Origin: the human T2T-CHM13v2.0 reference genome, Homo sapiens
NCBI RefSeq assembly: GCF_009914755.1
Contig: NC_060925.1
Reading direction: 5' to 3' (one strand)
DNA: 64,000 bases
Below, piece by piece: positions 1 to 15,100 of the stretch. Position 1 is the first letter of the stretch, and each line of letters opens with the position of its first letter. Made by a program: the position numbers and the translations under genes. A model generated the notes under the pieces. It was not told where the DNA came from. It made no database searches and saw only the letters and a list, made by a program, of their open reading frames with translations.

Positions 1-1813
1 TAACCATCATCAATTGGTATTGAATGGAATTGTCATCAAATGGAATTCAAAGGAAACATCATCAAATGGAACCGAATGGAATCCTCATTGAATGGAAATG
101 AAAGGGGTCATCATCTAATGGAATCGCATGGAATCATCATCAAATGGAATCGAATGGAATCATCATCAAATGGAATCTGATGGAATCATTGAATGGAATC
201 GTCATCGAATGAATTGAATGCAATCATCGAATGGTCTCGAATGGAATCATCTTCAAATGGAATAGAATGGAATCATCGCATAGAATCGAATGGAATTATC
301 ATCGAATGGAATCGAATGGAATCAACATCAAACGGAAAAAAAACGGAATTATCGTATGGAATCGAAGAGAATCATCGAATGGACCCGAATGGAATCATCT
401 AATGGAATGGAATGGAATAATCCATGGACTCGAATGCAATCATCATCGAATGGAATCGAGTGGAATCATCGAATGGACTCGAATGGAATAATCATTGAAC
501 GGAATCGAATGGAATCATCATCGGATGGAAATGAATGGAATCATCATCGAATGGAATCGAATAGAATTATGGAATGAAATCCAGTGTGATCATCATCGAA
601 TGGACCCGAATGGAATCATCATCCAACGGAAGCTAATGGAATCAACATCGAATGAATCGAATGGAAACACCATCGAATTGAAACGAATGGAATTATCATG
701 AAATTGAAATGGATGGACTCATCTTCGAATGGATTCGAATGGAATCATCGAATAAAATTGATTGAAATCATCATCAAATGGAATCGAATGGTATCATTGA
801 ATGGAATCGAATGGAATCATCATCAGATGGAAATGAATGGAATCGTCATAGAATGGAATCGAATGGATTCATTGAATGGAATCAGATGGAATCATCGAAT
901 GGACTGGAATGGAATCATTGAATGGACTCGAAAGGGATCATGATTGAATGGAATTGAATGGAATCATCGAATGGTCTCGATTGGAATCATTATCAAATGG
1001 AATCGAATGGAATCACCGAATAGAATCGAATGGAACTATCATCGAATGGACTCAAATGGAATTATCCTCCAATGGAATGGAATGGAATAATCCATGGACT
1101 CGAATGCAATCATCATCGAATGGAATCGAATGGAATCATCGAATGGACTCGAATGGAATAATCATTGAACGGAATCGAATGGAATCATCTTCGGATGGAA
1201 ACGAATGGCATCATCATCGAACGGAAATGAAAGGAATCATCATCTAATGGAATTGCATGGAATCATCATAAAATGGAATCGAAAGGAATCATCATCAGAT
1301 GGAAATGAATGGAATCGTCATAGAATGGAATCGAATGGATTCATTGAATGGAATCAGATGGAATCATAGAATGGACTGGAATGGAATCATTGAATGGACT
1401 CGAAAGGGATCATTATTGAATGGAATTGAATGGAATCATCGAATGGTCTCGATTGGAATTATTATCAAATGGAATCGAATGGAATCACCGAATAGAATCG
1501 AATGGAACAATCATCGAATGGACTCTAATGGAATTATCCTCCAATGGAATCGAATGGAATTATCGAATGCAATCGAATGGAATTATCGAATGCAATCGAA
1601 TAGAATCATCGAATGGACTCGAATGGAATCATCGAATGGAATGGAATGGAACAGTCAATGAACTCGAATGGAATCATCATTGAATGGAATCGAATGGAAT
1701 CATCGAGTGGAATCGAATGGAATTATGATCAAATGGAATCGAATGTAATCATCATCAAATGGAATCAAAAATAACCATCATCAATTGGTATTGAATGGAA
1801 TTGTCATCAAATG

Positions 1814-3589
1814 GAATTCAAAGGAAACATCATCAAATGGAACCGAATGGAATCCTCATTGAATGGAAATGAAAGGGGTCATCATCTAATGGAATCGCAT
1901 GGAATCATCATCAAATGGAATCGAATGGAATCATCATCAAGTGGAATCTGATGGAATCATTGAACAGAATTGAATGGAATCGTCATCGAATGAATTGAAT
2001 GCAATCATCGAATGGTCTCGAATGGAATCATCTTCTAATGGAAAGGAATGGAATCATCGCATAGAATCGAATGGAATTATCATCGAATGGAATCGAATGG
2101 TATCTGCAGCAAACGGAAAAAAACGGAATTTTCGAATGGAATCGAAGAGAATCTTCGAACGGACCCGAATGGAATCATCTAATGGAATGGAATGGAATAA
2201 TCCATGGACTGGAAGGCAATCATCATCGAATGGAATCGAATGGAATCATCGAATGGACTCGAATGGAATAATCATTGAACGGAATCGAATGGAATCATCT
2301 TCGGATGGAAACGAATGGAATCATCATCGAATGGAAATGAAAGGAGTCATCATCTAATGGAATTGCATGGAATCATCATAAAATGGAATCGAATGGAATC
2401 AACATCAAATGGAATCAAATGGAATCATTGAACGGAATTGAATGGAATCGTCATCGAATGAATTGAATACAATCATCGAATGGTCTCGAATGGAATCATC
2501 TTGAAATGGAATGCAATGGAATCATCGCATAGAATCGAATGGAATTATCATCGAATGGAATCGAATGGAATCAACATCAAACGGAAGAAAACGGAATTAT
2601 CGAATGGAATCGAAGAGAATCATCGAATGGACCCGAATGGAATCATCTAATGGAATGGAATGGAATAATCCATGGACTCGAATGTAATCATCATCGAATG
2701 GAATCGAATGGAATCATCGAATGTACTCGAATGGAGTAATCATTGAACGGAATCGAATGGAATCATCATCGGATGGAAATGAATGCAATCATCATCGAAT
2801 GGAATCGAATAGAATTATGGAATGAAATCCAGTGTGATCATCATCGAATGGACCCGAATGGATTCATCATCCAACGGAAGCTAATGGAATCAACATCGAA
2901 TGAATCGAATGGAAACACCATCGAATTGAAACGAATGGAATTATCATGAAATTGAAATGGATGGACTCATCATCGAATGGATTCGAATGGAATCATCGAA
3001 TAAAATTGATTGAAATCATCATCAAATGGAATCGAATGGTATCATTGAATGGAATCGAATGGAATCATCATCAGATGGAAATGAATGGAATCGTCATAGA
3101 ATGGAATCGAATGGATTCATTGAATGGAATCAGATGGAATCATCGAATGGACTGGAATGGAATCATTGAATGGACTCGAAAGGGCTCATTATTGAATGGA
3201 ATTGAATGGAATCATCGAATGGTCTCGATTGGAATCATTATCAAATGGAATCGAATGGAATCACCGAATAGAATCGAATGGAACAATCATCGAATGGACT
3301 CAAATGGAATTATCCTCCAATGGAATCGAATGGAATTATCGAATGCAATCGAATGGAATTATCGAATGCAATCGAATAGAATCATCGAATGGACTCGAAT
3401 GGAATCATCGAATTGAATGGAATGGAACAGTCAATGAACTCGAATGGAATCATCATTGAATGGAATCGAATGGAATCATCGAGTGGAATCGAATGGAATT
3501 ATGATCAAATGGAATCGAATGTAATCATCATCAAATGGAATCAAAAATAACCATCATCAATTGGTATTGAATGGAATTGTCATCAAATG
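1814..3589 (+). repeat. Representative canonical 1776-bp unit (EcoRI to EcoRI), 1.77-kb chr1q12-type HSat2
   Basis: GAATTC in ATGGAATTCAAAGG at 43, 1814, 3590, 5834 and 7610 (spacings 1771, 1776, 2244, 1776). The landmark TTATCATGAAA(T/G)TGAAA recurs once per unit with a modal spacing of 1775-1776. The chr1 assignment rests on the known 1.77-kb EcoRI periodicity. Confidence 0.85.
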
Positions 3590-6104
3590 GAATTCAAAGG
3601 AATCATCATCAAATGGAACCGAATGGAATCCTCATTGAATGGAAATGAAAGGGGTCATCATCTAATGGAATCGCATGGAATCATCATCAAATGGAATCGA
3701 ATGGAATCATCATCAAATGGAATCTAATGGAATCATTGAAAAGAATTGAATGGAATCGTCATCGAATGAATTGAATGCAATCATCAAATGGTCTCGAATG
3801 GAATCATCATCTAATGGAAAGGAATGGAATCATCGCATAGAATCGAATGGAATTATCATCGAATGGAATCGAATGGTATCAACACCAAACGAAAAAAAAC
3901 GGAATTTTCGAATGGAATCGAAGAGAATCTTCGAACGGACCCGAATGGAATCATCTAATGGAATGGAATGGAATAATCCATGGACTGGAAGGCAATCATC
4001 ATCGAATGGAATCGAATGGAATCATCGAATGGACTCGAATGGAATAATCATTGAACGGAATCCAATGGAATCATCATCGGATGGAAACGAATGGAATCAT
4101 CATCGAATGGAAATGAAAGGAGTCAACATCTAATGGAATTGCATGGAATCATCATAAAATGGAATCGAATGGAATCAACATCAAATGGAATCAAATGGAA
4201 TCATTGAACAGAATTGAATGGAATCGTCATCGAATGAATTGAATGCAATCATCGAATGGTCTCGAATGGAATCATCTTCAAATGGAAAGGAATGGAATCA
4301 TCGCATAGAATCGAATGGAATTATCATCGAATGGAATCGAATGGTATCAACACCAAACGGAAAAAAACGGAATTATCGAATGGAATCAAAGAGAATCTTC
4401 GAACGGACCCGAATGAAATCATCTAATGGAATAGAATGCAATAATCCATGGACTGGAAGGCAATCATCATCGAATGGAATCGAATGGAATCATCGAATGG
4501 ACTCGAGTGGAATAATCATTGAACGGAATCGAATGGAATCATCATCGGATGGAAACGAATGGAATCATTATCGAATGGAAATGAAAGGAGTCATCATCTA
4601 ATGGAATTGCATGGAATCATCATAAAATGGAATCGAATGGAATCAACATCAAATGGAATCAAATGGAATCATTGAACGGAATTGAATGGAATCGTCATCG
4701 AATGAATTGAATGCAATCATCGAATGGTCTCGAATGGAATCATCTTCAAATGGAATGGAATGGAATCATCGCATAGAATCGAATGGAATTATCATCGAAT
4801 GGAATCGAATGGAATCAACATCAAACGGAAAAAAACGGAATTATCGAATGGAATCGAAGAGAATCATCGAATGGACCCGAATGGAATCATCTAATGGAAT
4901 GGAATGGAATAATCCATGGACTCGAATGCAATCATCATCGAATGGAATCGAATGGAATCATCGAATGGACTCGAATGGAATAATCATTGAACGGAATCGA
5001 ATGGAATCATCATCGGATGGAAATGAATGGAATCATCATCGAATGGAATCGAATAGAATTATGGAATGAAATCCAGTGTGATCATCATCGAATGGACCCG
5101 AATGGAATCATCATCCAACGGAAGCTAATGGAATCAACATCGAATGAATCAAATGGAAACACCATCGAATTGAAACGAATGGAATTACCATGAAATTGAA
5201 ATGGATGGACTCATCATCGAATGGATTCGAATGGAATCATCGAATAAAATTGATTGAAATCATCATCGAATGGAATCGAATGGTATCATTGAATGGAATC
5301 GAATGGAATCATCATCAGATGGAAATGAATGGAATCGTCATGGAATGGAATCGAATGGATTCATTGAATGGAATCAGATGGAATCATCGAATGGACTGGA
5401 ATGGAATCATTGAATGGACTCGAAAGGGATCATTATTGAATGGAATTGAATGGAATCATCAAATGGTCTCGATTGGAATCATTATCAAATGGAATCGAAT
5501 GGAATCACCGAATAGAATCGAATGGAACAATCATCGAATGGACTCAAATGGAATTATCCTCCAATGGAATCGAATGGAATTATCGAATGCAATCGAATGG
5601 AATTAACGAATGCAATCGAATAGAATCATCGAATGGACTCGAATGGAATCATCGAGTGGAATGGAATGGAACAGTCAATGAACTCGAATGGAATCATCAT
5701 TGAATGGAATCGAATGGAATCATCGAGTGGAATCGAATGGAATTATGATCAAATGGAATCGAATGTAATCATCATCAAATGGAATCAAAAATAACCATCA
5801 TCAATTAGTATTGAATGGAATTGTCATCAAATGGAATTCAAAGGAATCATCATCAAATGGAACCGAATGGAATCCTCATTGAATGGAAATGAAAGGGGTC
5901 ATCATCTAATGGAATCGCATGGAATCATCATCAAATGGAATCGAGTGGAATCATCATCAAATTGAATCTAAAGGAATCATTGAGCAGAATTGAATGGAAT
6001 CGTCATCGAATGAATTGAATGCAATCATCGAATGGTCTCGAATGGAATCATCTTCTAATGGAAAGGAATGGAATCATCGCATAGAATCGAATGGAATTAA
6101 AATT

Positions 6105-9100
6105 GAATGGACTCGAATGGAATCAACACCAAACGGAAAAAAACGGAATTATCGAATGGAATCGAAGAGAATCATCGAATGGACCCGAATGGAATCATCT
6201 AATGGAATGGAATGGAATAATCCATGGACTCGAATGCAATCATCATCGAATGGAATCGAATGGAATCATCGAATGGACTCGAATGGAATAATCATTGAAC
6301 GGAATCGAATGGAATCATCATCGGATGGAAAAGAATGGAATCATCATCGAATGGAAATGAAAGGAGTCATCATCTAATGGAATTGCATGGAATCATCATA
6401 AAATGGAATCGAATGGAATCAACATCAAATGGAATCCAATGGAATCATTGAACGGAATTGAATGGAATCGTCATCGAATCAATTGAATGCAATCATCGAA
6501 TGGTCTCGAATGGAATAATCTTCAAATGGAATGGAATGGGATCATCGCATAGAATCGAATGTAATTATCATCGAATGGAATCGAATGAAATCAACAACAA
6601 ACGGAAAAAAAAGGAATTATCGAATGGAATCAAAGAGAATCATCGAATGGACCCGAATGGAATCATCTAATGGAATGGAATGGAATAATCCATGGACTCG
6701 AATGCAATCATCATCGAATGGAATCGAATGGAATCATCGAATGGACTCGAATGGAATAATCATAGAACGGAATCGAATGGAATCATCATCGGATGGAAAT
6801 GAATGGAATCACCATCGAATGGAATCGAATAGAATTATGGAATGAAATCCAGTGTGATCGTCATCGAATGCACCCGAATGGAATCATCATCCAACGGAAT
6901 CTAATGGAAACAACATCGAATGAATCGAATGGAAACACCATCGAATTGAAACGAGTGGAATTATCATGAAATTGAAATGGATGGACTCATCATCGAATGG
7001 ATTCGAATGGAATCATCGAATAAAATTGATTGAAATCATCATCAAATGGAATCGAATGGTATCATTGAATGGAATCGAATGGAATCATCATCAGATGGAA
7101 ATGAATGGAATCGTCATAGAATGGAATCGAATGGATTCATTGAATGGAATCAGATGGAATCATCGAATGGACTGGAATGGAATCATTGAATGGACTCGAG
7201 AGGGATCATTATTGAATGGAATTGAATGGAATCATGGAATGGTCTCGATTGGAATCATTATCAAATGGAATCGAATGGAATCACCGAATAGAATCGAATG
7301 GAACAATCATCGAATGGACTCCAATGGAATTATCCTCAAATGGAATCGAATGGAATTATCGAATGCAATCGAATGGAATTATCGAATGCAATCGAATAGA
7401 ATCATCGAATGGACTCGAATGGAATCATCGAATGGAATGGAATGGAACAGTCAATGAACTCGAATGGAATCATCATTGAATGGAATCGAAAGGAATCATC
7501 GAGTGGAATCGAATGGAATTATGATCAAATGGAATCGAATGTAATCATCATCAAATGGAATCAAAGATAACCATCATCAATTGGTATTGAATGGAATTGT
7601 CATCAAATGGAATTCAAAGGAATCATCACCAAATGGAACCGAAAGGAATCCTCATTGAATGGAAATGAAAGGGTCATCATCTAATGGAATCGCATGGAAT
7701 CATCATCAAATGGAATCGAATGGAATCATCATCAGATGGAATCTAATGGAATCATTGAACAGAATTGAATGGAATCGTCATCGAATGAATTGAATGCAAT
7801 CATCGAATGGTCTCGAACGGAATCATCTTCTAATGGAAAGAAATGGAATCATCGCATAGAATCGAATGGAATTAACATTGAATGGACTCGAATGGAATCA
7901 ACATCAAACGGAATCAAGCGGAATTATCGAATGGAATCGAAGAGAATCATCGAATGGACTCGAATGGAATCATCTAATGGAATGGAATGGAATAATCCAC
8001 GGACTCGAATGCAATCATCATCGTATAGAATCGAATGGAATCATCGAAAGGACTCGAAAGGAATAATCATTGAACGGAATCGAATGGAATCATCATCGGA
8101 TGGAAACGAATGGAATCATCATCGAATGGAAATGAAAGGAGTCATCATCTAATGGAATTGCATGGAATCATCATAAAATGGAATCGAATGGAATCATCAT
8201 CAAATGGAATCAAATGGAATCATTGAACGGAATTGAATGGAATCGTCATCGAATGAATTGAATGCAATCATCGAATGGTCTCGAATGGAATCATCTTCAA
8301 ATGGAATGGAATGGAATCATCGCATAGAATCGAATGGAATTATCATCGAATGGAATCGAATGGAATCAACATCAAATGGAAAAAAACGGAATTATCGAAT
8401 GGAATCGAAGAGAATCATCGAATGGACCCGAATGGAATCATCTAATGGAATGGAATGGAATAATCCATGGACTCGAATGCAATCATCATCGAATGGAATC
8501 GAATGGAATCATCGAATGGACTCGAATGGAATAATCATCAAACGGAATCGAATGGAATCATCATCGGATGGAAATGAATAGAATCATCATCGAATGGAAT
8601 CGAATAGAATTATGGAATGAAATCCAGTGTGATCATCATCGAATGCACCCGAATGAAATCATCATCCAACGGAAGCTAATGGAATCAACATCGAATGAAT
8701 CGAATGGAAACACCATCGAATTGAAACGAATGGAATTATCATGAAATTGAAATGGATGGACTCATCATCGAATGGATTCGAATGGAATCATCGAATAAAA
8801 TTGATTGAAATCATCATCAAATGGAATCGAATGGTATCATTGAATGGAATCGAATGGAATCATCATCAGATGGAAATGAATGGAATCGTCATAGAATGGA
8901 ATCGAATGGATTCATTGAGTGGAATCAGATGGAATCATCGAATGGACTGGAATGGAATCACTGAATGGACTCGAAAGGGATCATCATTGAATGGAATTGA
9001 ATGGAATCATCGAATGGTCTCGATTGGAATCATTATCAAATGGAATCGAATGAAATCACCGAATAGAATCGAATGGAACAATCATCGAATGGACTCAAAT

Positions 9101-12100
9101 GGAATTATCTTCAAATGGAATCGAATGGAATTATCGAATGCAATCGAATGGAATTATCGAATGCAATCGAATAGAATCATCGAATGGACTCGAATGGAAT
9201 CATCGAATGGAATGGAATGGAACAGTCAATGAACTCGAATGGAATCATCATTGAATGGAATCGAATGGAATCATCGAGTGGAATCGAATGGAATTATGAT
9301 CAAATGGAATCGAATGTAATCATCATCAAATGGAATCAAAAATAACCATCATCAATTAGTATTGAATGGATTTGTCATCAAATGGAATTCAAAGGAATCA
9401 TCATCAAATGGAACCGAATGGAATCCTCATTGAATGGAAATGAAAGGGGTCATCATCTAATGGAATCGCATGGAATCATCATCAAATGGAATCGAATGCA
9501 ATCTTCATCAAATGGAATCTAATGGAATCATTGAACAGAATTGAATGGAATCGTCATCGAATGAATTGAATGCAATCATCGAATGGTCTCGAATGGAATC
9601 ATCTTCTAATGGAAAGGAATGGAATCATCGCATAGAATCGAATGGAATTAACATTGAATGGACTCGAATGGAATCCACATCAAACGGAATCAAGCGGAAT
9701 TATCGAATGGAATCGAAGAGAATCATCCAATGGACTCGAATGGAATCATCTAATGGAATGGAATGGAATAATCCACGGACTCGAATGCAATCATCATCGT
9801 ATAGAATCGAATGGAATCATCGAATGGACTCGAATGGAATAATCATTGAACGGAATCAAATGGAATCATCATCGGATGGAAACGAAAGGAATCATCATCG
9901 AATGGAAATGAAAAGAGTCATCATCTAATGGAATTGCATGGAATCATCATAAAATGGAATCGAATGGAATCAACATCAAATGGAATCAAATGGAATCATT
10001 GAACGGAATTGAATGGAATCGTCATCGAATGAATTGAATGCAATCATCGAATGGTCTCGAATGGAATCATCTTCAAATGGAATGGTGTGGAATCCTCGCA
10101 TAGAATCGAATGTAATTATCATCGAATGGAATCGAATGAAATCAACAACAAACGGAAAAAAAAGGAATTATCGAATGGAATCGAAGAGAATCATCGAATG
10201 GACCCGAATGGAATGATCTAATGGAATGGAATGGAATAATCCATGGACTCGAATGCAATCATCATCGAATGGAATCGAATCGAATCATCGAATGGACTCG
10301 AATGGAATAATCATTGAACGGAATCGCATGGAGTCATCATCGGATGGAACTGAATGGAATCATCATCGAATGGAATCGAATAGAATTATGGAATGAAATC
10401 CAGTGTGATCAGCATCGAATAGACCCGAATGGAATCATCATCCAACGGAAGCTAATGGAATCAACATCGAATGAATCGAATGGAAACACCATCGAATTGA
10501 AACGAATGGAATTATCATGAAAGTGAAATGGATGGACTCGTCATCGAATGGATTCGAATGGAATCATCGAATAAAATTGATTGAAATCATCATCAAGTGG
10601 AATCGAATGGTATCATTGAATGGAATCGAATGGAATCATCAGATGGAAATGAATTGAATCGTCATAGAATGGAATCGAATGGATTCATTGAATGGAATCA
10701 GATGGAATCATCGAATGGACTGGAATGGAATCATTGAATGGACTCGAAAGGGATCATTATTGAATGGCATTGAATGGAATCATCGAATGGTCTCGATTGG
10801 AATCATTATCAAATGGAATCGAATGGAATCACCGAATAGAATCGAATGGAACAATCATCGAATGGACACAAATGGAATTATCCTCAAATGGAATCGAATG
10901 GAATTATCGAATGCAATCGAATGGAATTATCGAATGCAATCGAATAGAATCATCGAATAGATTCGAATGGAATCATCGAATGGAATGGAATGGAACAGTC
11001 AATGAACTCGAATGGAATCATCATTGAATGGAATCGAATGGAATCATCGAGTGGAATCGAATGGAATTTTGATCAAAAGGAATCGAATGTAATAATCATC
11101 AAATGGAATCAAAAATAACAATCATCAATTGGTATTGAATGGAATTGTCATCAAATGGAATTCAAAGGAATCATCATCAAATGGAACCGAATGGAATCCT
11201 CATTGAATGGAAATGAAAGGGGTCATCATCTAATGGAATCACATGGAATCATCATCAAATGGAATCGAAAGGAATCATCATCAAATGGAATCTAATGGAA
11301 TCATTGAACAGAATTGAATGGAATCGTCATTGAATGAATTGAATACAATCATCGAATGGTCTCGAATGGAATCATCTTCTAATGGAAAGGAATGGAATCA
11401 TCGCATAGAATCGAATGGAATTAACATTGAATGGACTCGAATGGAATCAATATCTAACGGAATCAAGCGGAATTATCGAATGTAATCGAAGAGAACCATC
11501 GAATGGACTCGAATGGAATCATCTAATGGAATGGAATGGAATAATCCACGGACTCGAATGCAATCATCATCGTATAGAATCGAATGGAATCATTGCATGG
11601 ACTCGAATGGAATCATCATTGAACGGAATCGAATGGAATCATCATCGGATGGAAACGAAGGGAATTATCATCGAATGGAAATGAAAGGAGTCATCATCTA
11701 ATGGAATCGCATGGAATCATCATAAAATGGAATCGAATGGAATCAACATCAAATGGAATCAAATGGAATCATTGAACGGAATTGAATGGAATCGTCATCG
11801 TATGAATTGAATGCAATCATCGAATGGTCTCGAATGGAATCATCTTCAAATGGAATGGAATGGAATCATCGCATAGAATCGAATGGAATTATCATCGAAT
11901 GGAATCGAAAGGTATCAACATCAAACGGAAAAAAACGGAATTATCGAATGGAATCGAAGAGAATCATCGAACGGACCCGAATGGAATCATCTAATGGAAA
12001 GGAATGGAATAATCCATGGACTCGAATCCAATCATCATCGTATGGAATCGAATGGAATCATTGAAAGGACTCTAATGGAATAATCATTGAACGGAATCGA

Positions 12101-15100
12101 ATGGAATCATCATCGAATGGAAACTAATGGAATCATCATCGAATGGAAATGAAAGGAGTCATCTAATGGAATTGCACGGAATCAACATAAAATGGAATCG
12201 AATGGAATCAACATCAAATGGAATGAAATGGAATCATTGAACGGAATTGAATGGAATCTTCATCGAATGAATTGAATGCAATCATCGAATGGTCTCGAAT
12301 GGAATCATCTTCAAATGGAATGGAATGGAATCATCGCATAGAATCGAATGGAATTATCATCGAATGGACTCGAATGGAATCAACATCAAACGGAAAAAAA
12401 GGGAATTATCGAATGGAATCGAAGAGAATCATCGAATGGACCCGAATGGAATCATCTAATGGAATGGAATGGAATAATCCATGGACTCGAATGCAATCAT
12501 CATCGAATGGAATCGAATGGAATCATCGAATGGACTCGAATGGAATAATCATTGAACGGAATCGAATGGAATCATCATCGGATGGAAAAGAATGGAATCA
12601 TCATCGAATGGAAATGAAAGGAGTCATCATCTAATGGAATTGCATGGAATCATCATAAAATGGAATCGAATGGAATCAACATCAAATGGAATCCAATGGA
12701 ATCATTGAACGGAATTGAATGGAATCGTCATCGAATCAATTGAATGCAATCATCGAATGGTCTCGAATGGAATCATGTTCAAATGGAATGGAATGGAATC
12801 ATCGCATAGAATCGAATGTAATTATCATCGAATGGAATCGAATGAAATCAACAACAAACGGAAAAAAAAGGAATTATCGAATGGAATCCAAGAGAATCAT
12901 CGAATGGACCCGAATGGAATCATCTAATGGAATGGAATGGAATAATCCATGGACTCGAATGCAATCATCATCGAATGGAATCGAATGGAATCATCGAATG
13001 GACTCGAATGGAATAATCATAGAACGGAATCGAATGGAATCATCATCGGATGGAAATGAATGGAATCACCATCGAATGGAATCGAATAGAATTATGGAAT
13101 GAAATCCAGTGTGATCATCATCGAATGCACCCGAATGGAATCATCATCCAACGGAATCTAATGGAAACAACATCGAATGAATCGAATGGAAACACCATCG
13201 AATTGAAACGAGTGGAATTATCATGAAATTGAAATGGATGGACTCATCATCGAATGGATTCGAATGGAATCATCGAATAAAATTGATTGAAATCATCATC
13301 AAATGGAATCGAATGGTATCATTGAATGGAATCGAATGGAATCATCATCAGATGGAAATGAATGGAATCGTCATAGAATGGAATCGAATGGATTCATTGA
13401 ATGGAATCAGATGGAATCATCGAATGGACTGGAATGGAATCATTGAATGGACTCGAGAGGGATCATTATTGAATGGAATTGAATGGAATCATGGAATGGT
13501 CTCGATTGGAATCATTATCAAATGGAATCGAATGGAATCACCGAATAGAATCGAATGGAACAATCATCGAATGGACTCCAATGGAATTATCCTCAAATGG
13601 AATCGAATGGAATTATCGAATGCAATCGAATGGAATTATCGAATGCAATCGAATAGAATCATCGAATGGACTCGAATGGAATCATCGAATGGAATGGAAT
13701 GGAACAGTCAATGAACTCGAATGGAATCATCTTTGAATGGAATCGAAAGGAATCATCGAGTGGAATCGAATGGAATTATGATCAAATGGAATCGAATGTA
13801 ATCATCATCAAATGGAATCAAAGATAACCATCATCAATTGGTATTGAATGGAATTGTCATCAAATGGAATTCAAAGGAATCATCACCAAATGGAACCGAA
13901 AGGAATCCTCATTGAATGGAAATGAAAGGGGTCATCATCTAATGGAATCGCATGGAATCATCATCAAATGGAATCGAATGGAATCATCATCAGATGGAAT
14001 CTAATGGAATCATTGAACAGAATTGAATGGAATCGTCATCGAATGAATTGAATGCAATCATCGAATGGTCTCGAACGGAATCATCTTCTAATGGAAAGGA
14101 ATGGAATCATCGCATAGAATCGAATGGAATTAACATTGAATGGACTCGAATGGAATCAACATCAAACGGAATCAAGCGGAATTATCGAATGGAATCGAAG
14201 AGAATCATCGAATGGACTCGAATGAAATCATCTAATGGAATAGAATGGAATAATCCACGGACTCGAATGCAATCATCATCGTATAGAATCGAATGGAATC
14301 ATCGAAAGGACTCGAAAGGAATAATCATTGAACGGAATCGAATGGAATCATCATCGGATGGAAACGAATGGAATCATCATCGAATGGAAATGAAAGGAGT
14401 CATCATCTAATGGAATTGCATGGAATCATCATAAAATGGAATCGAATGGAATCATCATCAAATGGAATCAAATGGAATCATTGAACGGAATTGAATGGAA
14501 TCGTCATCGAATGAATTGAATGCAATCATCGAATGGTCTCGAATGGAATCATCTTCAAATGGAATGGAATGGAATCATCGCATAGAATCGAATGGAATTA
14601 TCATCGAATGGAATCGAATGGAATCAACATCAAATGGAAAAAAACGGAATTATCGAATGGAATCGAAGAGAATCATCGAATGGACCCGAATGGAATCATC
14701 TAATGGAATGGAATGGAATAATCCATGGACTCGAATGCAATCATCATCGAATGGAATCGAATGGAATCATCGAATGGACTCGAATGGAATAATCATCAAA
14801 CGGAATCGAATGGAATCATCATCGGATGGAAATGAATAGAATCATCATCGAATGGAATCGAATAGAATTATGGAATGAAATCCAGTGTGATCATCATCGA
14901 ATGCACCCGAATGGAATCATCATCCAACGGAAGCTAATGGAATCAACATCGAATGAATCGAATGGAAACACCATCGAATTGAAACGAATGGAATTATCAT
15001 GAAATTGAAATGGATGGACTCATCATCGAATGGATTCGAATGGAATCATCGAATAAAATTAATTGAAATCATCATCAAATGGAATCGAATGGTATCATTG

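Noticed and set aside
751-756. AATAAA once per unit as a polyadenylation signal
   Set aside because: It is expected in A-rich satellite, with no clear downstream GU-rich element or transcript evidence in the sequence.
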